A stretch of DNA of 64,000 bases. It comes from the human T2T-CHM13v2.0 reference genome, Homo sapiens. The notes below the pieces were generated by a model. The model was not told where the DNA came from. It saw only the letters and a program-made list of their open reading frames with translations, and did not search any database. This document shows, piece by piece, positions 1 to 14,800 of this stretch. The translations under genes were made by a program, and so were the position numbers. Position 1 is the stretch's first letter; each line of letters opens with the position of its first letter. The stretch lies in assembly GCF_009914755.1 (NCBI RefSeq), contig NC_060935.1; one strand, 5' to 3'.

Positions 1-1085
1 ATATAGTTTTTCTGCAATGGTGATAAGTTTGGAGGCAGAGAGTATACCTCATGAAATTGTAGCTTTGGCTGGCGGGGTATTTAAAAGGAATATTTCTAGT
101 GTGAGTTGGTTATTAGCTACATTTGATAAGATATTTTTAAAAGGAAATAAATACAGAAAATAACTGGCCTGTTTGTAGGAAGGAGTGAAATAGAAAACAC
201 AGAGTCCCAAATTTTGGGATTTCAGAGTTGAAAAGTGAAACTGTTTTCAATCATCAATTGATAAAAAATAAAATTAAGAAATGTTTTGAGCCAAAAACAC
301 TGATTAAGACATAGGTACAGCTAAAATTAGGGGTGTGGCCACAAATCCTAAGGGCACAGTTCTGCCATAACTAGATAAGCACACAATATCTTTAATTAAG
401 TCTAAAGAAAAACATACATCTACAAAATAATTGTGGTAGCAGCTACTGGCACACAGAAATGTAATCACATAGATAAATAGCTATATCTTTGAAAGAGTTG
501 TACTGCCAAAAGCACTGTCATCTTCAATTCAAAGAGACTGTAACTGTTTGAGATGATTTGTGCCCCAATTTTCTTGGGCAAGAGGCAGGCTGAGAAAGCT
601 GCTCCTTCCCCTAGAATGGCATTGTCTCCAATGCTCTCCTCAGGTGCATCCAACAAGAATAACCAAAAAGAGAAGATGTTCCAGAGGGTGGATTCAAGAC
701 ACAGAGAATGATGGACTGAGGGTATCTCCACTTCTACCTCCTCAAGAGCTGAACAGAGGCTACTCAAGAAATATTCCCTGCTCTAGGTTAGGAGGCCTCA
801 TGATGCTTGTTCAGCAGAATTTCAAAATTACTGTGTATTACTGATGGCTAAGTGTCTGTCTGCCTTCCTCTTCATGAATGGAGGTTTCATTGTAGTTGTT
901 CTGTCCCTGTTTCACCATTTTATGTGAGTGTGTATGAGTTATTTTATTCCTGACTTAGAGAGTACCACAAGATCTTCAACTTTGCACCTGATGCCGTAAG
1001 CGGATGCAATTTTCAAGGTATATTTAATGGGAGCGAGTAACTTTGAGTGAGAAAGGAAGGAAAGTGAATATCCAGAGAAGGTGTT
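1..1085 (+). mobile_element. Degraded MaLR (MLT1-type) internal sequence, truncated by the window start
   Basis: Resembles MLT1-int from recall. It ends in a purine-rich stretch (gagaaaggaaggaaagt...gagaagg) just before an MLT1-like LTR. Confidence 0.45.
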
Positions 1086-1470
1086 CTTTGACCGATTGTA
1101 TTATTCTTTGCAAATGTATATTTCCCTCTCCTGCTATGGGAAAAATGTATTTTCTTGCTTCACGGATGTTGGGCTACTCCATGTGACTTTTTTTTTTTTT
1201 TTTTTTTTTGGCCAACAGTATGTGAGCCAATGAGACAAACATTATATTTGCACAGAAACTTCAAAAGTGATTGCTTCTTGTTAGCCTCTGCCACAAAAGT
1301 AAGCATCTTTCCCTGAGGTCCCGGTATGAAAGGAAATGTAGTACAGAGTTGAGCAAAGCTCTAGTACCCCATCCATTCCACAGATGCAGACATGTGAGTA
1401 GTAAACAAATATTTGCTGCTACAAGCCACTGAGATTTTAGAATGTTTCCTTCATGGCAAGCTCGCTGATG
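1086..1470 (+). mobile_element. MLT1-family (MaLR) LTR
   Basis: MLT1-like motifs ccatgtgact...tggccaa (interrupted by a poly-T expansion at 1188-1209) and 3' end acatgtgag...tgctacaagccactgagatttt. Confidence 0.6.
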
Positions 1471-2533
1471 AAGGACTCAAGATCTTGTTTGAAATTTCCT
1501 TTGCAGTTTTGTTCAAGGGATGTAGTGCCCATAAAAATTTTATTAGTTATTTAAAAAATAATCATTTAAGCTATAGTATTCCAAAAAACCTTAGCTTATA
1601 TGCCAAATAAAATTAAAAGTATTTTTCTTTATTAAAATGAAGCAAACACTTGCTGATGTTGAAACCTCAACACACAGGAAGTTAGAACATTAGAAATTAG
1701 AAAATAGAAAGACAATTCCGTAAGGTTATTGGTTTTGTTTAGTAGGACTTTGTGGTGTATGTATAGCACATTAATGAGTCGAATCAAACTATTTGTAATG
1801 TAGGCCTTAAGAGTGAACTGGACACTTTTGAAAACTATAGATGCATTACTGACATACAGTGTACTACTGAGAACTGTCAGATTATATGTATGAACCTTTG
1901 CCAGTGACTTTCCAGCTTGGTAATGTGTCATACTAGAGGAACAGGATCATTTAGAAGCATGCCTCATGTGATGTGATACTAGTAGTGAAGTAACAACATT
2001 TGCTTACAATTTTTCCTTTACAAATTAGAATGGATTCAAGACTATCCCTATTGTAACCCCAGGCTTACTTTCATTCCAGCATGCTTTCTTATGTGGGAGG
2101 GTAATGGAGTATCCTAGTATATGTAGCATCCTAGTAACCCTACAAAATCTCAGGTTGATTTTGTTTGTGTTTCAGGCCATTATATAGGCTGCACTTGGAA
2201 AATGTGTTCCATATGTGAACCTCATCTGTCACGTGAATGTGTAGCAGGGGTGAGATTGAAACCTCTTGAATTCCTGTGAGAACTGACGTGACTTCTAGTG
2301 GAGAGAAATCAAAGATCAGGAGTGGGGTGCAAATAAGCAGGTATACCTCTGCTCTTCTAATTCAGAAATAAGGATAAGCAGAGAGAATGAGGAGTGACAC
2401 CTAAGGGTAAGCTATGAAGGGCAGAATGGTTCTTCTGCTCAAAATTTTTTCCATGCCAATTTTTCCATTTGAGTCAATATGTCTTCTTCTAAAATGCAAA
2501 AACCCACTGGAAGAGTAGGCATTCAACTTTTCT

Positions 2534-2874
<341 letters not shown>

Positions 2875-3209
2875 TAATGCTTTAGTTAGTAATTCCTTGG
2901 AGGGCTCAGAGTCCACAGAGGGGGATCTTTCTGGAGTTAGAAGTGTTAAGGTATAAGGCAGATCTGGGTGAGGGTACTATAAAGAGCTGTACACAGCTAC
3001 AACCCCAGGTTTATGCCACATCAGGCACGTGCTGGGCACTGAGCAGATGGGGGTGAATGAAAGGACAGACCATGTCAATGGTTGCTAGGACGAATGCTTA
3101 GGGATTTGGGAATCTTCCCGCAGACTAGTTTTCCTGCCTCACATCATGCCATTTTCTTTACCAAATCCCACATAGAACATGGTCAATGCCCCGCACATAT
3201 CTCCTATTA

Positions 3210-3505
3210 CGAGACTTTTGCCTGGGTTGCTTTTTCCATTCTCTCAGACATAAATACTTATAGATCCTTTCATGCCCATTTCAAATGTCTCTACCTCTAT
3301 GATCTCTGATTGATTCCCTGGGCAGAATTAAGCTCCCTCCTTCCCACTTTAGTTTTATTCTTCTAGATACTTCTCACTTTATACTCTCATTATCTATTTG
3401 TGTACTATGGATGTATTGAGGTCAAGACCCAAGGCTTTTTTATCTGTGTCCCTGCCACAGCATCATGCACATACAAAATGGGTGCTCAATAAAAGCTAAT
3501 TCGTG
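3210..3505 (+). mobile_element. L2 3' fragment
   Basis: L2-like motifs tcaaatgtc..cct, cctgccacagcatc..gcacata and ggtgctcaataaa. Confidence 0.45.
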
Positions 3506-4449
3506 GAGTAGAAAGAAGAGGAGGGAAGATATTAGAAAAGTTATATAGAGGCAAAAATGGCAGCAGATAGCTGTCAAAACAAACTCCATTCATTGTGAAG
3601 TCAGGGTGACAGCTGGCCCAGATGCCCTTGGGAATTATTTCGCTTGTAGACTTTGGTATATGACAATAGTGCTAAGTAGATTTTAGTGCCTGTAAATAAC
3701 TCTCCCTCATATTAGATGTTTGATTGTGGCTGGCAGTGGGTGTGGGGTCAGCAGTCTTTTCCATGCTGCCTACCTTATCCTATGACTTACAGACACAGCA
3801 GTTATTGGAGAGCTTGTGTGGCTTCTTGGAGTGCTGCCGTTTTACCTACAAAAGATGTTGATTGCCTTGGATTGAAAAAACTTGCTTTTTCTGACTTTTG
3901 CATGCCAGATTGGCTGCAGAAGTGTTATGAACGTTTCTTAGCTTTTTTTCCTGTTCAAAGCTGTGCTTTCATGTGCATGGTACATTTCCTTGGCTTTGAC
4001 CTCCTTGAGGTTACCCCCACTTTGGCTTGTAAAGCAGCATTGTTTGGGGATTCTGCTGTCATGCATCTTCTGGGTGCAAAATGCCTGGCGATGCTGGTGG
4101 CAGAAGGCTTTGCTTTTTTGCCAGATACACTAGTTTTGTAGTTTTGTTGTTGTGCTATAAATGTGCTATTATTTATTTCTTTATTGGGGAGTGTAGGTGT
4201 TTAATATAGAGGGAGAAAAAGAGAGACAGGAATAGAGGGGGAGAGAGAGGGACATATGAGAGATAGGTATTCTCTGTTATGCAATGTTAAAATACATTTA
4301 GGCTAGGTTAAATGCTGAAACTGTCTACTAAATGCATCTCTGCATTATTTGGAGATTTTCTGCCTTTAGCAGGTACTTCCACATTCCTATTCTACCTGTT
4401 TGTTCTTTGGTTTTCCACAATGTCATACTTCACTGGAAAGTGCTAGTAC

Positions 4450-4715
4450 TGTTAATAATTGTTGCCATTTATTGAATACTTCCTTGGGCCAAATACTGTA
4501 GTGAGGGCACCAGACATGTCATATGTCTAATTATCATAAAAGTATCATGATATATGACCAGTACTATTTTTAACAATCTCTAGATGAGAAAGCTGAAAAT
4601 CATATGGTTTATGTGATTTGCTCAAAGCTACCCATCTCAGAAAAAGTAGCATGTAGATTTGGGATCAAACTTTGGGCTATGTGGTTCTGACTCATATGTT
4701 TCCTCTGTGTCATGC
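4450..4715 (-). mobile_element. MIR SINE
   Basis: catttattgaatact and core agatgagaaagctga...gtgatttgctcaaagctaccca. Confidence 0.6.
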
Positions 4716-5231
4716 CATTTTTTTTTCTGTTTCCTGCCATTACCCAGAATTCCCCCCTCCTTCATGCTGCCCTTCTTCCTCAGGCCCTTGTTTTCTGCTG
4801 AAAACTAATGAGTGAATCACAATCTCTAATGTTAGAGACTATGGTACTTAGGATATGCACTATTTTAGATAACATATTCGTTCTTGAAAGGGGAAATGGG
4901 AAAAAGGGACATAATACCTTCAAGCATTCATAGTATCTTCTTTCCCCCTAAACGTTCTGAAATAAAGACTTCTTTTGAGAACTCAAATCCCTAAGGGATG
5001 ACGCTCTGATAAGAGGGTCTTTTCAGGGTAAATAAACATCCACCGCCCCTCATGTTTTCTAATGATGCCCAGAAGCCAGATGGGGTTCAGAAGCAGGAAA
5101 GGTACTCAATTACTATTTGTTTCCTTTAAGACTTGACATGGCTGCAAAATCTCACTCAAGTCTATTTAGATACATCATAGAATCAGGGAATCTTGGATTT
5201 GAATGAATTTCATTAAAATAAAATCTAATCC

Positions 5232-5388
5232 AATGATTTCTTATCTGGGGCATGCATCAGAATCATTTTTTGAGACTTAAAATTACAGATTCCCAGGCCC
5301 AGCACCCCAAGATCCTTACTTTATAGGTCTTAGATGGTAACTGGGTTCAATAAGTGATTCTAAATTATAGCTAGGTGGAGAATCATAA
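5232..5388. mobile_element. MER5-type hAT-Charlie MITE
   Basis: tgcatcagaatca...cagattcccaggccc...gtgattcta...gagaatca pattern. Confidence 0.55.
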
Positions 5389-8300
5389 ATTTAATTTATT
5401 TTTCACGATATATGAATACTTTCTTGCTTCATTTGATTTTCTATTTCTTCACTGCATCCCTGGGAAATATGCAGGGAGCAGAACACGAAGATTATTTTCT
5501 GCTCAGTTCCACAAAGAAAATCAGTGGCTAGGGTATTACATGAATTATGAGTGACTACAATCTTCAGGCTTATTATTGGAATAGAGTGCTGTGTTAATTT
5601 TTCAATATATTTTCTTTCAAAGAGCTATTTCTCCTATTCCCGTGCCTCTTCCTTGATACTATTTTGACACGGATGATCCTGGATAATTAGGTCAATAATT
5701 CCATAGATGTTATTAACCTTTTAATTTGGAATAATTTTCAGAAAAATTGGAAGCAGAGGGTGAGAGACTGGGTTCTAGCTCTGTCACTAAAAGCTATAAG
5801 CTTTGAAAAAGCCCGTTACTGTGAGACTCAGTTTCCTCACATGCAGTTTGTTCAGATGAACTTTGAGGACCATCTCAATTCTAGGAATCTAAAGTCTCCC
5901 ACTAACTTGTAAGCTCCTTATTGTCCACTTGAACATTGTTTCTGTTATTTTTTTTCCTGGATTCCTGTTATACTCAGTAGCTTTCCTAGTAAAAGAAGAC
6001 TTATATTCTGTCATATTTTCTGTCTCACTGACTCAGCCTTTCAAAAATTCCAAGACAAAGATAGAGGCTTCAAGACGGCTGAGCAGAAGCATTTGGTACT
6101 CACCTCCTCAAAGAATAAGAACCAAAATAGTGAGTAGATAATCACACTTTGAATAAATCATCTAAGAGAGAACACTGGAATTCAGCTGAGAAGTGACAGG
6201 ATAAAGGAGAAGGAAGTGAAGCAGCCAGCTCATCTGGGATTGGTTGGGAGGCTAGAGAGGCTCCTGAGTGCAGGGAAAGGGTAAATGAGTGACCCCTAGT
6301 GGCCCACATTCCAACCATTGAATGCATCTCAGCCATGGGGAAGCCCCAGCACCCTTGTGGTCCCCGAGATTAACATAGGAAGCTGCTTGGAGACTGTGTG
6401 AAGGCATTGCTTCAGAGAAGGAGCTCACACTGGGTCCTACACACTTCTCAAGTCCTAAACAGCTGCAGCAAGCCACCATATTGAGAGCCCAGCCCAGAAT
6501 GGACTGCATCTTGCTTGGGTACCCAACAGCCCTTGCATTTCCATATCTCTGGAGCCCCATTGACATCCCCCACCTGCAGCCACCACTTTGGCTGACTACT
6601 GCTGCCAGGGCTAGAGCATGAGCCATTGGCAAATACCTCCACTGCCTCCAGCAGTAAAGCCATCATGCACATTCATGCACTCCCCAAAACAAACTCCTGC
6701 CAGCAGCAGTAGTTGCATGCTGTTGGCTGTCACTGTGGGGGCTGAAGTGCGAGTGAAGTGCACTCTTCCCAGCCACCTGCATATGGCTGTTACCATTAAA
6801 AGCAACTCCAACCTCCTCAGTAGAAGAGCTGCAGTGCAGCCCCTGCTGCCCTCCCCTGGACATACTGCCTTGGGCCTGGGGATCACCTTGCCTTTGCCTG
6901 CCACAGCCAGTTACTGCAGACACCACCGGTGGGTCTGAAGACAGGTCCTCCTCACCTGGCTTCACCTCCTCAGTGTCTCAGCATGCTGCCCAGGTGCCTG
7001 GGGATTGCCCAGCCCAGTCCATCACTGTTGCCACCTGAATACTCCTCCTGGGGTCCCAAGATCTAGCCCATCCAGCCTGCCACTACCACCAGAGCTGGCA
7101 CCCACCTGCATGTGCCACCTGGGAGCCTGATGACTGGCTGGCCCAGCCCATTGCAGCCACTGCCAACATCAGAATGGACTGCTTGAAATCCAGAGGTTTG
7201 TCCTGCCATTGCTGCTGCCATTGCCCATGTCACACCTGCTGTCCAGGGGCCTGAGAACCTATTCACCTGCTTGGACCACTGCTGCTACAACTGGCACTTG
7301 AGCAAGCCACGTGGAAGTCCAAGAATCAGCCTGCTTGGACCTGCTAACACCAGTGGCAGTATACACCATGCTGAGGCCCAAGGACAGGCATGTTTGGCCT
7401 GTTGCTGACAGAACTGGAGTCTGAGGAAATCCCCATCTGACATCCCCATCCTCAGAAAAACTTCACCAAAGCTTTCACTAGCAACCATACCCTAAGCCAC
7501 TGTGGAAATCACAGACACCACTGATGCTGTGTACAATCAAATAAATCATATAAACACTACACTCCTGCTTGCACCTACAATCAAAGTTAAAGTGCCCTGT
7601 GCATCCAACACCATAGATACATCTTTAGGAAAAAGTTTTCCCTATGCATGCAAATTTAAAAAAACTGGAAGAAGCAGCTATTACACCAGATATACAGATA
7701 TCAATGTAAAGACACAAGAACCATGAAAAAATAGGAAACATGACACTTCCAAAGGAACACAATAATTCCCCAGAAACAGAATCCAATCAAGAGGAAATTT
7801 ATGAGATCCTAAAAAAGGAATTTAAAATAATGATATTAAAGAGGCTGAGTGAGAAGCAGGAGAAAACCAAAGCAATACAAGGAAATCAGAAAAACAATTC
7901 AGGATATGAATGAGGAATATATCAAAGAGACAAACATAATAAAAGAGAACAAACAGGAATTCTGGAACTGAAGAATGTACTAAGTGAAATAAAAAATACA
8001 TTAAAAAAACTTCAACAATAGATCAAGCAGAAGAAAGAATTTTAGAACTTGAAGACAGGTCTTTTGAAATAACCCAGTCAGACAAAAATATAGAAAAAGA
8101 ATAAAAAGCAATGAACAAATTTTGTGTGACATATGGGACACCACAAAGTGAATAAATATTCAAATTTTTGATGTCCCAGAAGGTAAAGAGAAAATAAAAA
8201 GGATAGAAACTTATTTAACAAAATAATAACTGAAAACTTTCAAAGTCTAGCAAAGAGATTTAGACACCCAGATAAAAGAAGCTCAGAGATTCCCAAATAA

Positions 8301-8418
8301 ATACAATGCAAAAAGACTTTCTCCAAGGCATATTATAGTCAAACTATCAAAAGACAAAGGCAAAGAGAGAATTCTAAAATCAATAAAAGCATTTAGTCAC
8401 TCATATGGGAATCCCTAT

Positions 8419-9068
8419 TGTCGGAGGCTTGTGAACCAGAGCAACTCCATGTTGAATAGGTGCTGGGAAAGTAAGGCTAAGACCTGCTGGGCTGCATTCC
8501 CAGATGGTGATGGCATTCTAAGTCACAGGATGAAATAGGAGGTTGGCACAAAATACAGGTCATAAAACAAGTTGCTGATAAAACAGGTTAGAAGAAGCCA
8601 GCTAACACCCACCAAAATCTCTCATCCAAGTACTAATCAGGCCTGACCCTGCTTAGCTTCCAGGATCAGATGGGATCAGGTGTATTCAGGGTGGTACAGC
8701 CATAGAAAAACCCATCAAAATCAAGATGGCCATGAGAGTGACCTCTGGTCATCCTTGTGACTACACTCCCACCAGCACCATGAGAGTTTATAAATGCCAT
8801 GGCAATGTCAGGAAGTTACCCTATATGGTCTAAAAAGAGGAGGCATGAATAATCCACCCCTTATTAACATATCATCAAGAAATAACCATAAAAATGGGCA
8901 ACCAGCAGCCCTTGGGGCTGCTCTTTCTATGGAGTAGCCATTCTTTTATTCCTTCACTTTCCTAATAAACTTGTTTTCACTTTACTCTATGGACTCACCC
9001 TGAACTCCTTCTTGTGAGATCCAAGGACCCTCTCTTGGGGTCTGGATTGGGACCCCTTTCCTGTAACA
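8419..9068 (+). mobile_element. MER41A-like solo LTR (ERV1) inserted in L1 ORF1
   Basis: TG...CA termini (tgtcggaggcttgtgaaccagagcaactccat...cctttcctgtaaca), AATAAA, and a 4-bp TSD ctat at 8415-8418 and 9069-9072. Confidence 0.9.
8618..8707 (-). pseudogene. 3'-truncated 5S rRNA retropseudogene (nt ~1-90)
   Basis: Reverse complement matches 5S rRNA nt 1-90 at about 75/90 positions, with many changes at CpG. Flanked by a 16-bp TSD (8604-8619 and 8707-8722, 14/16 identical). Confidence 0.95.
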
Positions 9069-12000
9069 CTATCAGATTAACAGAGGATTTCTCAGCAGAA
9101 ACCTTGCAGGACAGGAGAGAATGGGGTGATATATTCATAATACTGAGAAAAACAACAACAACAACAACAATGACAAAACACTGCCAGTCAATGATACTAT
9201 ACCCAGAAAAGTTATTCTTCATAAATTGAGAAATAGTCTTTCCTGGACTAGAAAAACTGAGGGAATTCATCACCACTGGAATGGTCTACAGGAAATGTTT
9301 AAGGGAGTCCTATACTTTGAAGCAAAGGGATGATATCTATCATCATGAAAACACACTAAAGTATAAAACCCACAGGTAGAGAAAACACAAACAAGGAAGA
9401 GAAAGGACTCAAATATTACAGCTAAAGAAAATCACCAATTTACAATAATAAGCAATAGGATAAAAAGAAAAGTAACAATGGGATATGCCAAAAAATCAGA
9501 TATTAATAAAATAACAGGAATAAGCCCTGACATATCAAGAATAACCATAAATGTAAATAATTAAGCCTTCTACTTAAAATATATAGAATGAATGAATGGA
9601 TAAAAAAATTACTCAACTATATGTTGCCTATCAGAAACTCATCTCTCCTGTAAAAACATATATAGTCTGAAAGCAAAGGATAGAAAAAGAAAGCAAAAGT
9701 GAGCAAGAGAAGCTATAATTATGTCAGATAAAACAAACTTTAAGACAAAAACAGTAATAACAAGACAAATGTAAAATGACCTTATAAATTTATGAAATTT
9801 ATTATATAATGGTAAAGGATCAATTCAGCCAGAGGACAAAAAATTATAAACAGAAATGCATCCCAACACCAAAGCACCCAGATATATAAAGCGGATATTA
9901 TTAGATCTAGACAGAGAGATAGATTCTAATGCAGTAATAGCTGGGGACTTCAACACCTGTCTGTCAGCATTAGACAGATCATCTAGACAGAAAATCAACA
10001 ACAACAACAAAAAATTGGATTTAAACTGCATTTTAGACCAAATGGACCTAACAAACATTAATAGTACATTTCATCCGACAGCTACATTCTTTTCATCAGC
10101 ACATAGAACATTCTCCAAAATAGACTACATATTAGGACACAAAACAAGTCTCAACAAATTTTAAGAAATCAAAATCATATCATATTTCTTCTCAGACCCA
10201 GTGGAATAAAACTAAAAATCAATACCAACAGGAAATTTGGAAATTGTACAAATACATGGAAGTTAAACACATGCTACTGAACAACCATTGGGTCAAGGAA
10301 GAAACTAAGAAGGAAATTTAAAAAAACATTCTTCAAACAAATGAAAATCAAAATTCAACATATCAAAACCTATGGGTTACAGTAAAAGCAGTGCTAAGAG
10401 GGACGTGTATAGCAATGAACACCTATATCACAAAGTAGAAAGATTTCTCAAAGAAAAAACCTAACAATACACTTCAAAGGACTAGAAAAGCAAGAGCAAA
10501 CCAAGCCCAGTATCAGTAGAAGTAATGAAATAATAAAGATCAAAGCAGAACTAAACTAGAGATAAAATAGAAAGGATCAATGAAATGAAAAGTTGGTTTT
10601 TTGAAAATGTAAACAAAATTGATAAATTGGTAGCTAGACTGACCAAGAAACAAAAAGAGAATTCTTCTCAAACTATTCAAAAAAATTGAAGAAGAGGGAA
10701 TTCTGCCTAATTCATTCTATGAAGCCAGCAGTACTCTAATACCAAAACCAGACAAGGATACCATGCACAAAAAAAGCTACAAGTCAATATCCCTGATGAA
10801 CATAGACACAAAAATTCTCAACAAAAAATGAGCAAACTGAATCCAACAGCACACCATGAAGATAATACACCATGATCAAGTGGTATTTATCTCAGGGATG
10901 CAAGGATGGTTCAACATACACAAATCAATAAATGTGATGCACCTTATCAATAAAATGAAGGACAAAAACCATATTTTGTCTTAATAGAAGCAGAAAAAAA
11001 ATTTGATAAAATTAAACATTCCTTCCTGATGAAAACTCTCAACAAACTAGGCATAGAAGAAACATAGCTCAATATAATAAAGGCCATATATGACAAAATC
11101 ACAGCTAACATCATAGTGAAGGAGGAAAAACTGAAAGCCTTTCCTCTAAGAACTGGAATAAGATAAGGATGCCCACTTTTACCAATACTATTCAACAAAG
11201 TACTGGAAGTCATAGCCAGATCAATCAGGCAAGAGAAAGAAGAAAAACATCTGAATTAGAAAAGAGGCCATCAAATCTTTTCTTTTTGCTCATGATATGA
11301 TCTTATATCTGGAAAAATGTAAAGGCTCCACCATAAAAATCTTTGATCTGATAAATAAATTCAGTAAAGTTGCAACATATATCAACATATGAAAATTAGT
11401 AGCATTTCGATGCACCAATAATAAACTACCTGATTGAAAAATCAAGAAAACAATTCCATTTATAATAAGTAGAAAAAAATTAGGAATATATGTAACCAAG
11501 GATGTTAAAGACCTCTACAAGAAAAACTTCAAAATGCTGATGAAAGCAATTGAAGAGGACACAAACAAATGGAAAGACATCTCATACTCATAGATCAGAA
11601 GAATTAATATCATGAAAATTGCCATACTACACAAAGAAACCTGCAGATTAAATGTAATCTCTATCAAAATACTAATGCCATTATTCACAGAAATAGATAA
11701 AATGATTCTAAAATTCATATGGAACCAAAAAAGAATGCAAATAGCCAAAGCAATCTTGAGGAAAAAGAACAAGGCTGGAGGCATCACACTACCTGACTTT
11801 AAAATGTATTACAAGGCTATAGTAACCAAAACAGTATGGTATTGGTATAAAATCAGACACATAGACCAACAGAACAGAATGGAAAACCCAGAAGTATATT
11901 CATGTATTTATAGCCAACTGATTTCAACGAAGGTGCCAAGAAGATACTTGGGGAATGAGTACCTTCTTCAATAAGTGGTGCTGGAAATATTGGATGGTTA

Positions 12001-12197
12001 TATGCAGAATAGTGAAACTGGACCCCTATCACTCACCATATGCAAAAACCAAATAAAGATGGTTTAAGTACTTAAATGTACGACCTGAAACTGTAAATCT
12101 ACTAGAAGAATACATAGGAGAAGCATTTCAGGATATTGTTCTAGGCAAATATTTTATTGCTAAAACCTCAAAAGCACAGGCAACAAAAACAAAATAG

Positions 12198-12513
<316 letters not shown>

Positions 12514-14800
12514 TTAAACTAAAAGACATCTGCCTAGCAAAAGAAACAATTAACAAAGTGAAAAGACAATCTGTTGAATTGGAGAAAATATTTTGTAAAA
12601 TATTTGTTTGAGAACATACTAAAATCCAAAACGTGTAAGAAACTCAAACAATTCCACAACCCCAACCACATAGTCTCATTAAAAAGTGGGCAAAAATGTG
12701 AATAGACATTTATTAAAAGAAAATTTAAATGCCCAACAGGTATTGAAACAATTCTCAACATCACTAATCATCTGGGAAAGGCAAATCAAAACCACAATGA
12801 GATATTATCCCAGTTAGAATGGCTATTAATAAAAAGACAATACATAACAGATGCTGGCAAGGATGCAGAGAAAAGAGAACTCATACACCGTTGCTGGGAA
12901 TGTAAATTAATATGGCCTCTATGGAAAACAGCATGGCGATCAAAAAACTAAAAATTTTTTTATCAAAAAACTAACAATAGAACTACCATAAGATCCAGCA
13001 ATTCCACTACTGGTTCTTCATCCAAAGGAAAAGATCAGTGTATCAAAATGATACCTGCACTCTTCTCTTTATTGTAATCTTTGCTGTTTGATTACAATGG
13101 TAAAGATATGGAATCAACTTAAGTACCTATCAGGGGACAAATGGATAAGAAAATATGTGGTTTATATGCAAAATAGAATGTGATTTGGCCATAAAAAGAA
13201 AGAAATCATGGCACTGGTAAATGGAACTGGTTATTATTATGTTAAGTGAAATAAGCCAGGCACAAATATTGCATGTTCTCATTCGTATGTGGATACTAAA
13301 AAAGTTGATGTCATGGAGAGAGAGAATGGAATTATATTTACCAGAGGCTGGGAAGGATGTGTGAGTGCGGGGTGGATAAAAAGAGGTTTATTAATGGGTA
13401 AAAACATACAGTTAGAAGGATTAAGTTCTAATATTTGATAGCAGAGCAGGGTGACTATAGTTAACAATGATGTATTGTATTTTTCAAAACAGCTAGAAGA
13501 AAGGACTTGATATGTTCCCAATACTTAGAAATGGTAAATTCTTGATTTGATGGACACCCCAAATATCCTAACTTGATCATTGTACAGTCTTCGCATGTAA
13601 TAAAATATCACAAGTACCCTGTAAATATGTACAAACATTATGTATCAATAAAAAAGAACCACAACAAAAAAGATTCTGAGATATTTGAGAGGAAGTGTCA
13701 TTTCCTTCTCCCCTAACTGAAAGTGTAGTGTGAAATATATATAAGAAGAAAATAAACACAAAGAATTGTGGACTTTTAGAGTTGAATATTACTTAGAGAC
13801 CATTTATTTTGCCCATTTAATTATACCTATGTGAAAGTAAAGGCTAAAAGCTGATAACTGCTCACCCAGGCAGCCAATGGCAGAACGAGGCCTATAACCA
13901 GGTTTGCTGACTTCCAGGGCAAGTATATTTTTTCCTGCCACATGTCTTTGGTTGGTTGATTGGAAAGCACTGGCTTAAAACAATATTAAGTCTAACAAAG
14001 GTGGCCATGTTTTAATGATTAGTTATACATTTCTGCAGTCTGCACAGTGGAATAAAAGATCCTTTTTAATATTAAAGTTTATTTCTTCATTTATCACTGA
14101 ACACCTCAAAATACCTTAGAGAACTTATCAAGAAGGTCTTAAAACCAGTATATATGATCATTATTAAGGAGAATGGTATATGCTTGTGCTATTAGCTCAA
14201 TTTTTAAGAGACGAGAAGAACTTAAATAAGAAAAAGTAGTTCAAGGTCGTAAAAATCTATTGTAAATCAGCAGAGAAAAACCAGCTTTATAGTCTGGATT
14301 CAGCTGCATACACTTTGCCTGGTCTAAGGGTATAGATTATGTTTTTAGAAATGAAGAAGTGATGTGATTAACATTTCTCTTGTTTAAGATAAAAATAAAA
14401 AATGTTGACTTCAGCCATCGATTAATTTTGGGGTGCAGGGGTAAGGGGACTTAGATTCAGCAGGGCCAAGTCAGCTTGTTTTCAACCAAATATCACTAGA
14501 TGAGCACCATTCTCTGCCCCCTGTGTTCTGGGCTGTCCCTTAACTGCTGGACTAGTATATTCTCTATTATTTTAATCTTTTTTTTAAAAAAAGCTGTTAG
14601 CTTTGGTCCATAAATAGATTCTGAGACTCTGAAGTTCTAATAATAACAGCTGATATTTTCTCCTGAGAAATTAAACCATTTTGTGGCTACTATACAAGTC
14701 AGTTAAAATTAATTATTCTTCCTTAAATTTGTCCGCATATACGATATGGTGGTGGTACTGCCATTTTAACTCGTAATATGCAACTAATGTTACTTTATAC

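Noticed and set aside
8618-8707. Functional 5S rRNA gene
   Set aside because: It lacks the 3' ~30 nt and the terminator, is about 17% diverged, and is flanked by a TSD.
8419-9068. MER41 as an interferon-inducible STAT1 enhancer
   Set aside because: This copy is MER41A-like, and I see no TTCnnnGAA GAS motif in it.
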